Positions 1-5,416 of a stretch of 5,808 nucleotides of DNA are shown here, piece after piece. The stretch's first letter is position 1; every line of letters begins with the position of its first letter. Both the position numbers and the translations under genes were made by a program. This DNA is from an uncultured Gammaproteobacteria bacterium. Its GTDB lineage: Bacteria > Patescibacteriota > Microgenomatia > Daviesbacterales > UBA10151. Below the pieces are notes generated by a model. That model saw only the letters and a list, made by a program, of their open reading frames with translations, was not told the origin of the DNA and did no database searches. The DNA is taken from the NCBI GenBank assembly GCA_964522265.1, contig CAZFVS010000009.1, positions 1-5,808 on the forward strand, written 5' to 3'.

Positions 1-19
1 TTTTTTTTTATTTTCATCT

Positions 20-49
20 TTGTCCTGATCCGTTATCCCGCGGTATTAA
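20..49 (+). promoter_or_regulatory. Candidate sigma70-type promoter, TTGTCC (20-25), 18-nt spacer, TATTAA (44-49). The TATTAAA could alternatively be an archaeal-style TATA box.
   Basis: Each hexamer matches the TTGACA / TATAAT consensus at 4 of 6 positions. It lies 31 nt upstream of the ATG at 81 and is the only non-coding stretch before the cluster. Matches this weak are common in AT-rich DNA. Confidence 0.2.
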
Positions 50-66
50 AGGTTAATGAGGGTAAT

Positions 67-70
67 GGAG
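67..70 (+). promoter_or_regulatory. Shine-Dalgarno-like GGAG for the 81..293 ORF
   Basis: GGAG sits 10 nt upstream of ATG 81, at the long end of normal spacing. It is the clearest SD-like element in the window. Confidence 0.3.
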
Positions 71-80
71 CTTTACCATA

Positions 81-293
81 ATGTTAAACCGGGTCCCGGT
101 CTGTGAAAACCATCTTGCAGCCCTTTATGAAGCCTTAAAAAGAGATGATTTAAAAGTAGTGCGTAAAGTTGAGCATCTCCTGACCGGTGAAGAGAAATGC
201 GTGGCATGCTCATATATGTTTATAGCCCAAGGGGGCGCAAAAAAGGCTTTCAAAGAATTTTTAGTGGCAGAAGGGTTTTGTACCCGCGCCTGA
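81..293 (+). CDS. Small soluble Cys/His protein (70 aa), hypothetical. It may be a zinc-binding ZAS-like (zf-HC2-like) domain.
   Basis: An in-frame stop at 63-65 makes ATG 81 the first possible start, and GGAG lies upstream. The ligand pattern is C8-x2-H11 ... H32-x7-C40-x2-C43, plus C67. The sequence VCENHLAALYEALKRDDL..VEHLL....CVAC resembles the N-terminal helices of anti-sigma ZAS domains. No TM segment is present. It shares strand and orientation with the operon, and I found no terminator in the 50-nt gap downstream. Confidence 0.5.
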   Translation: MLNRVPVCENHLAALYEALKRDDLKVVRKVEHLLTGEEKCVACSYMFIAQGGAKKAFKEFLVAEGFCTRA

Positions 294-343
294 ACTAATT
301 TGTCATTGATCTTTCCTCTTTTTGATGATATGTTTTTTGATTA

Positions 344-2419
344 GTGGAATTAAAAAATAAGATACCCGAGTATTCAAAAAGGGCTTTAACTTTACTTGCA
401 GCTGTCATCAGTGTCAGTGTTATTGCCTGGATGAACTGGCAGATCATCTCCGGCTGGTTTGGCAAAAACGGCCCTGCAAATTTAGGTTCAATAGAGGTGT
501 CCTATGTCTCGATGGGTAAGTTTATTTTGGATTTAGGGTTTGGGACTTGGGCGCCTTTTTGGTATTTTGGTTTTCCGTTCCATGTTTTCTACACCCCTCT
601 TCTGCCTGTTTTGGAAGCTTTCTTAACTAAATTTTTCGGGATGCCTCTTTGGGAGAGTTATAGAATGCTTACCGGTGCCGCTTTTATTTTGGGGCCAGTT
701 TCTGTGTTTTTACTGGGATGGCAACTCTCCAAGCGCGTTTTGGGTGGTTTCATATCCGGCCTTCTTTTTACCGTCAGTCCGACAGCATTTTATTTTATTT
801 TAAAAAGCGGTGAGGTTGCTGCAGATAGAATATCAGTTGATTTTTGGGATCCCAGGCGGTTTACAATCCTGGTCAGGTGGGGGGAAGGCCCACACCTTTT
901 TTCGCTTATTTTTGTCCCCCTGGCCGGTGTTTTTTTCGCCCGTCTTCTGGAGAAACCAAAATTTACCAATCTGTTTTTTACTGCCATATTTGTCGGTTTG
1001 ATAGCTTTAACCAATGCCATCGGTCTTTTTTCCGGTATTCTTCTGCTTGCCTGCATGAGTTTTTCTAAGTTTGTCATCAATAAAGATGTTAAAAGTTTTG
1101 GTTTGATGATTATGACCGGGCTGGTATCCTTAGGCCTTGTTTCTTTCTGGTATAATCTAACTTTTATATCTACTTTTTTACGGGAGGGAGGTTCCAGTGG
1201 GAATATCCTGGTTTCCTTATTTCCATGGGGTTGGGTAGTAGGAGTAGGCTTGATAATATTCCTTTATTATTTTATCAGGCGTTTCTTAAAGGATTTTGCG
1301 GTGTCCACTGTTTTTTTATGGTTTGGCACCTTATTTCTAGTAGTTTGGGTTTACTATACCTCAGCACCGCCTGATGAACCATACCGAAGAATCGAGCTTT
1401 TACCTCAGGCTCTGCGTTATAACGTAGAAGTTGACCTGAGCTTGTCACTCCTTTTAGGGGTAGTTTTTTCAAGGTTGATAAGTTTTTTGGTAGGGAAGTG
1501 GGGTCTTTTAAAAGTGATACCTATACCCGTCGGTATTTTATTTACGATTGTGTCAATCGGATATATTCAGCCGTTTATACCTGTTGCCCAAAAATCATCA
1601 TCTGAGGCAGTTGATCTGAGTAAAACTACTGAAAATAAAATAGCTACCTGGTTTGCAGCAAATACCGATCCTAAAAAAGGAGAAAGGGTTTTGGCTCCGG
1701 GTAACTATGGATTTTATCTGAACTGGTTTGGTTATGTTTGGCAGCTCAGAGGCGGACTTTTCCAGGCTTCTACCCACCATTGGCCGGACCATATCTACTA
1801 CCAGTTGGTTAACGGGAAAGATCCTGAAATAATGAAGGATTGGCTTATTGCCTCAAACTTAAAGTATGTGCTGATAACTGCAACAGGGTCAGGGGAGCTC
1901 TATAAAGAAATCAAAAATTTAAGCCGTTTTGAGTCTTTAAAGGTTGCTTATGCAGAATCCGGGGATATTATCTATGAGGTACCCCTCAAGAGGCCTTCTG
2001 CAGCCAAACCTGTTAGTATTACCGGTATGACAGCACTTACCGCTCCCGTTAAAGCGGATAATAAGAAAAATCTCCATGCTTATGTTGGTTGGGTGGAATC
2101 TTCAAGCCAAAACAGTGCGGATTTTAATGTTTCGGGTTTTAACAGCTATCAGATCAGAGGGAAAATTGATAATGGTGAGGGCATACAAGTCAGCTTGACA
2201 GCAGATTCAGGTTGGTCTGCAAAAAATAGTTCTGGTGAGGGTGTAAAACTTGGCAAAGACCCCCTGGGTTTTTTAATGCTTTACCCCAAACCAGGTTTGG
2301 TTAATATCGCTTTGGAACACCATACCTCCTGGCAGGAATGGTTAGGGTACCTAATTAGTTTATTGACAATCGGTTTATTAATCGCGCATAGATTAATCGG
2401 ACGGAAGAAATACCATTAA
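344..2419 (+). CDS. Polytopic membrane protein, probably a GT-C-fold glycosyltransferase of the YfhO-like / PTPS-related membrane protein type. Its acceptor is unknown.
   Basis: The 691-aa ORF starts at GTG 344, since the in-frame TGA at 338-340 leaves only GTG 344 or ATG 431 as candidates, and ATG 431 would delete TM1. I count about 11 hydrophobic helices between aa 13 and 409. They are followed by a hydrophilic domain at aa ~411-664 and a terminal TM at aa ~665-682 with a basic tail (RLIGRKKYH). The conserved-looking segments are WAPFWYFGFPFHVFYTPLLP (aa 69-88), DFWDPRRF..RWGEGPH (aa 166-184), NLKYVLI (aa 505-511) and GWSAKNSSGEGVKLGKDPLGFLMLYPKPGLVNIALEH. That last segment immediately precedes the final TM, which is the layout I recall for YfhO-type proteins. 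No STT3 WWDYG motif is present. Confidence 0.85.
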   Translation: MELKNKIPEYSKRALTLLAAVISVSVIAWMNWQIISGWFGKNGPANLGSIEVSYVSMGKFILDLGFGTWAPFWYFGFPFHVFYTPLLPVLEAFLTKFFGMPLWESYRMLTGAAFILGPVSVFLLGWQLSKRVLGGFISGLLFTVSPTAFYFILKSGEVAADRISVDFWDPRRFTILVRWGEGPHLFSLIFVPLAGVFFARLLEKPKFTNLFFTAIFVGLIALTNAIGLFSGILLLACMSFSKFVINKDVKSFGLMIMTGLVSLGLVSFWYNLTFISTFLREGGSSGNILVSLFPWGWVVGVGLIIFLYYFIRRFLKDFAVSTVFLWFGTLFLVVWVYYTSAPPDEPYRRIELLPQALRYNVEVDLSLSLLLGVVFSRLISFLVGKWGLLKVIPIPVGILFTIVSIGYIQPFIPVAQKSSSEAVDLSKTTENKIATWFAANTDPKKGERVLAPGNYGFYLNWFGYVWQLRGGLFQASTHHWPDHIYYQLVNGKDPEIMKDWLIASNLKYVLITATGSGELYKEIKNLSRFESLKVAYAESGDIIYEVPLKRPSAAKPVSITGMTALTAPVKADNKKNLHAYVGWVESSSQNSADFNVSGFNSYQIRGKIDNGEGIQVSLTADSGWSAKNSSGEGVKLGKDPLGFLMLYPKPGLVNIALEHHTSWQEWLGYLISLLTIGLLIAHRLIGRKKYH

Positions 2420-3357
2420 TGGTTCAGCAAAAAATTTTAGATCTTGGGCTGAAAGAGTTTGCGGAACTTTTTAATATCCGCAACAGAGAAATCCCCTCAA
2501 TTGCTAAAAAGATAATTAAAAATTCAAATTTTAATTATAAAAAGGTAAATGATGCAGATTATAAACAAATCATTCTCCGTATATTCAAAACATTAGATTC
2601 GGGAAATTTAAAGCCATCAGGTCCGCACAGGCTAAAAGATTGGGAAAAAGGATGGTCGGAAAATTATCAGAATTTTAAAAAAAATAATTTCAATTTAAAC
2701 GAGTTAATCCCAAAATTTATTAAAAAAAATGAGCCAATCCGGTTAAAAGGCAAATTTGTGCAACCCATAAATCCAAATTTTGAAACAGATTTTGTGTCAG
2801 TTTTGAGGTATTATTTATTCTCCAAATATTTCAAAGATGTAAGTTGTGTTTATGAATTCGGTTGTGGTACTAATTTAAATCTGATTGCTGTCAATGAAAT
2901 TTTTCCAGATAAGAAGCTAGTAGGGCTTGACTGGACAAAATCTTCTTATCGAATAATAGAACAGATCCGAAAAAAGTTTAAAATTGACATATCATTTAGG
3001 GCCTTTGATTTATTTGCTCCGGACGAAAGTTACAAACTGGATCTAAACTCAGGAGTCTTGACAATTGGGACATTGGAGCAGTTAGGCGCAGACTTTATAC
3101 CATTTACTGAGTATTTAATAAAAAATAAACCGAAAATATGTATTCATATTGAACCGTTATACGAATTATATGACTCCGGCAAACTGGAAGATTATCTGGC
3201 TGCTAAATATTCAGACAAAAGAAACTATTTGCGTGGATTTTTACCTTACCTTAAAGAGTTGGAACAATCTAAAAAAATAGAAATATTAGAAATAAACAGA
3301 GCGTTTGGAACGTTTTATCATGATGGTTACAGTTATGTGATATGGAAAATGAAATGA
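2419..3357 (+). CDS. Class I SAM-dependent methyltransferase, probably modifying a sugar or glycan, with an unassigned N-terminal region of about 135 aa
   Basis: The ATG at 2419-2421 overlaps the upstream TAA (2417-2419) by 1 nt. Rossmann motif I is VYEFGCGTN (aa 144-152, nt 2848-2874). An acidic beta-2 end follows in KLVGLD (aa 166-171), then AFDLF (aa 195-199), then GVLTIGTLEQL (aa 212-222). GGAAG at 2403-2407 is a possible weak SD. Confidence 0.8.
   Translation: MVQQKILDLGLKEFAELFNIRNREIPSIAKKIIKNSNFNYKKVNDADYKQIILRIFKTLDSGNLKPSGPHRLKDWEKGWSENYQNFKKNNFNLNELIPKFIKKNEPIRLKGKFVQPINPNFETDFVSVLRYYLFSKYFKDVSCVYEFGCGTNLNLIAVNEIFPDKKLVGLDWTKSSYRIIEQIRKKFKIDISFRAFDLFAPDESYKLDLNSGVLTIGTLEQLGADFIPFTEYLIKNKPKICIHIEPLYELYDSGKLEDYLAAKYSDKRNYLRGFLPYLKELEQSKKIEILEINRAFGTFYHDGYSYVIWKMK
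2677..2684 (+). repeat. A8 homopolymer tract inside the methyltransferase CDS (codons K87-K88-N89)
   Basis: Counted directly: positions 2677-2684 are all A. Confidence 0.95.
2722..2729 (+). repeat. Second A8 homopolymer tract inside the methyltransferase CDS (codons K102-K103-N104)
   Basis: Counted directly: positions 2722-2729 are all A. It lies 45 nt from the first tract and in the same codon phase. Confidence 0.95.
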
Positions 3358-3364
3358 AAGATAT

Positions 3365-4258
3365 ATGAAAAAAACGGAAGTTTTTAATGCGATGGAGAAT
3401 ACTTTTAAAAAAAGAGTTTCTTATATTATGGCAACTTATAACCGAGCAGAAAGATTGGAGAAATCTTTGGACAACGCCTCAAAATTCATTACGGACAAGG
3501 ATGAGTTGATCATCATAGATGGAGGATCAACAGACACAACATTAAAAGTATTAAATAAATTCTCCTGGCTTGTCGACCTGTTTTTAACAGAAAAAGATAT
3601 TAATCAAGTGCACGCTACAAACAAAGGGATGCTTTTGGCAAGAGGGAAATATATCAAAATCCTTACCGATGATGATTTAATTTATCCCGATTCTATGGAA
3701 AAAGCCATAGCTGTTTTAGACCGTCATCCGGAAATAGATTTATTGGTCTGCGGGGGTGAATTTAAGATTGGTGATACGAAAGAAATAGTGACATTGTACC
3801 CGCCTCCGGGATGCAACTATGGGAGTAATATTGAAGACCTTTTTAGATATGGAGGCGCAGGAATTGGATTCGTGATCAGAAAAAGTTCTGTGGCAAAAAC
3901 CGGATTATTTACATTGGATTGGATTGCTGATACAGAATATCTGGTCAGGTGTGTATCCAACAAATTCTGTTTTAAATTTTGCCGGATTAAAATGTTCAGA
4001 GCTCATTATCACAGTGGGAGTGTGGGAAATCTTCATGTGAAAGAAGTTGACAAAGAGACGTTTGAGATCTTACAAAAATATACCGGCAAAAGATTTTTTT
4101 GGCGGTATCGCCTTAATAGATTATTATATCAACACCCAACTGTTGAAAAATTTTTATTTTTACCCTTGCAATTTTTTAATTTGTACAGAGCTATGAGGTA
4201 TTCTGGTTCAAAAATGAAAAATAAAATTTCTTATAGATGGGATGGGGGTTTCAGTTAG
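3365..4258 (+). CDS. Family 2 glycosyltransferase (GT-A fold), of the WcaE-like subgroup with a DGGSTD motif
   Basis: The N-terminal signature is RVSYIMATYNRAERLEKSL. It is followed by IIIDGGSTDTTLKVL, then ATNKGMLLARGKYIKILTDDD, with the DxD-type DDD at aa 102-104 (nt 3668-3676). No complete TM helix is present, only an aromatic/amphipathic tail at aa ~243-277. An alternative start at M10 (nt 3392) is possible. Confidence 0.88.
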   Translation: MKKTEVFNAMENTFKKRVSYIMATYNRAERLEKSLDNASKFITDKDELIIIDGGSTDTTLKVLNKFSWLVDLFLTEKDINQVHATNKGMLLARGKYIKILTDDDLIYPDSMEKAIAVLDRHPEIDLLVCGGEFKIGDTKEIVTLYPPPGCNYGSNIEDLFRYGGAGIGFVIRKSSVAKTGLFTLDWIADTEYLVRCVSNKFCFKFCRIKMFRAHYHSGSVGNLHVKEVDKETFEILQKYTGKRFFWRYRLNRLLYQHPTVEKFLFLPLQFFNLYRAMRYSGSKMKNKISYRWDGGFS

Positions 4259-4270
4259 CGAAGTCATACT

Positions 4271-5416
4271 ATGAGGATAGCAATTATCCGGGGTTCAAGT
4301 TTAAATAAATGGGAAATGCAAAATTATGAACCCCTTCAGATAAAACATGAGATTTTGGCTATCGGCTCGTTACATCCCGCATACCATACTTCAGGTATAA
4401 AACTGCCGATTAAGAAGCTATTGTGTTTGGGTAATGTATTAAACTATGTTCCTTTCGGAATTAAATGGCTCTATCGGACTATGGGGGATGTGATGTATTT
4501 AGTCGGTTTGGAGCGAGTTGTAGCCGGTTTCGACATTGTCCATACAGCCGAAACTGCAACTTATTACAGCCTGCAGGCCGTAAAAGCAAAAGACCGAGGG
4601 TTTGTGAACAAAGTAGTAGTAACGGTTTGGGAAACAATCCCCTTTTTGGGGGATGATAATCCGGAAAGGTATAAAAACAAACGGGAAGTTCAAAAAAAGG
4701 CAGACCTGTTTTTAGCTGCTACCGAGGCTGCGAAGAAAGCACTCCTTAAGGAAGGTGTCGATGCCCGGAAAGTGAAAGTTTGCCCGATGGGTGTAGATAC
4801 CAATGTTTTTAAGCCGATGCACAAAAATCAAGATCTTGCCAAGAGATTGGGGATTTTAACCGACAAAAAAATAATTTTATTTGTCGGTAGATTAGTTTAT
4901 GAAAAAGGTATCTATGATCTTGCCGAAGCGCTGAATTTACTTAAAAATAGGCTTGATTACATGGTTCTATTGATCGGTTCGGGGCCGGAATATCAGAACC
5001 TGACTAAGAAAATGAAAGATTTGGAATTAACTCCAAGAGTATTTTTTATCAAGCAAGTTCCATATCAGGAAATGGCTGAAGTTATGAATTTAGCCGATGT
5101 TTTAGTATTACCCAGTATTAAAACTAAAGTTTGGGAAGAACAGTTTGGAATGGTGCTTATAGAGGCTATGGCATGCGGTAAGGCAGTAATCGTGACAGAA
5201 GGAGTAACTAAGGAAATAGTTGGTGTTAGGGGGGGAATAGTGAATGCGCAAGATCCTGTCATGTTAGCTAAAGCGCTGTATGCCTTATTAAGTAACAAGC
5301 AAAGATTAAAAATTGCAGGGGCATACGGTCGAACAAGAGTAAAGAGGATATTTAGTGCTGCTGCGGTTTCTAAGAGACTTGAAGAGATATACAATGATTT
5401 AATGGTATTCAAATGA
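4271..5416 (+). CDS. Family 4 glycosyltransferase (GT-B fold, Glycos_transf_1 type)
   Basis: The N-terminus MRIAIIRGSS is typical of GT4. The C-terminal domain has FVGRLVYEKGIYDL, LLIGSGPE and VLVLPS. It also has the retaining-GT E-x7-E motif E290-QFGMVLI-E298 (nt 5138-5164), followed by AMACGKAVIVT. Confidence 0.92.
   Translation: MRIAIIRGSSLNKWEMQNYEPLQIKHEILAIGSLHPAYHTSGIKLPIKKLLCLGNVLNYVPFGIKWLYRTMGDVMYLVGLERVVAGFDIVHTAETATYYSLQAVKAKDRGFVNKVVVTVWETIPFLGDDNPERYKNKREVQKKADLFLAATEAAKKALLKEGVDARKVKVCPMGVDTNVFKPMHKNQDLAKRLGILTDKKIILFVGRLVYEKGIYDLAEALNLLKNRLDYMVLLIGSGPEYQNLTKKMKDLELTPRVFFIKQVPYQEMAEVMNLADVLVLPSIKTKVWEEQFGMVLIEAMACGKAVIVTEGVTKEIVGVRGGIVNAQDPVMLAKALYALLSNKQRLKIAGAYGRTRVKRIFSAAAVSKRLEEIYNDLMVFK

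Noticed and set aside
1-14. The T9-A-T4 run at the extreme 5' edge as the U-tail of an intrinsic terminator of an upstream gene
   Set aside because: Any GC-rich stem would lie outside the window, so the call cannot be supported. It could equally be AT-rich promoter or UP-element DNA.
271-283. The small hairpin GGGTtttgtACCC at the 3' end of the 70-aa ORF as a terminator
   Set aside because: It has only a 4-bp stem, lies inside the coding sequence, and is not followed directly by a U-tract. It is too weak to call.
790-1080. An antisense 96-aa ORF (790..1080 -) and two alternative-frame + ORFs (810..1001, 844..1068) nested in the membrane-protein gene
   Set aside because: All lie inside the strongly supported 691-aa CDS, in a locally GC-richer segment where stops are scarce. 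Their translations are low-complexity, Arg/Pro/Ser-rich and without motifs. They have no start context or RBS. They are most simply shadow ORFs.
1275-1792. Antisense ORFs 1275..1472 (-) and 1598..1792 (-)
   Set aside because: They are short (64-65 aa) with no motifs, and fully embedded antisense to the GT-C CDS. They are typical shadow ORFs.
344-2419. Oligosaccharyltransferase (STT3/PglB/AglB) identity for the 691-aa membrane protein
   Set aside because: I found no WWDYG motif or close variant in the extracytoplasmic domain. The nearest Trp-rich stretch is THHWPDHIYY. STT3 proteins also lack a C-terminal TM anchor after the soluble domain. A YfhO/PTPS-related-like GT-C fits better.
3365-4258. 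The GT2 as a GtrB/CsbB/ArnC-type polyprenyl-phosphate sugar synthase partnering the GT-C enzyme
   Set aside because: Those enzymes normally end in two clear TM helices. Here the C-terminal hydrophobic stretch (aa ~243-277, FFWRYRLNRLLYQHPTVEKFLFLPLQFFNLYRAM) is interrupted by R/Q/H/E/K, and the DGGSTD...NKG...DDD pattern looks like soluble WcaE-like GT2s. It is not excluded, but it is not supported.
4465-5412. ORFs 4465..4656 (+, alternative frame), 4499..4693 (-) and 5065..5412 (-, 115 aa) overlapping the GT4 gene
   Set aside because: The GT4 frame carries unambiguous family motifs (E-x7-E, GRLVYEKG). The overlapping ORFs translate to Ser/Thr/Ile/Leu-rich low-complexity strings with no recognisable domain.
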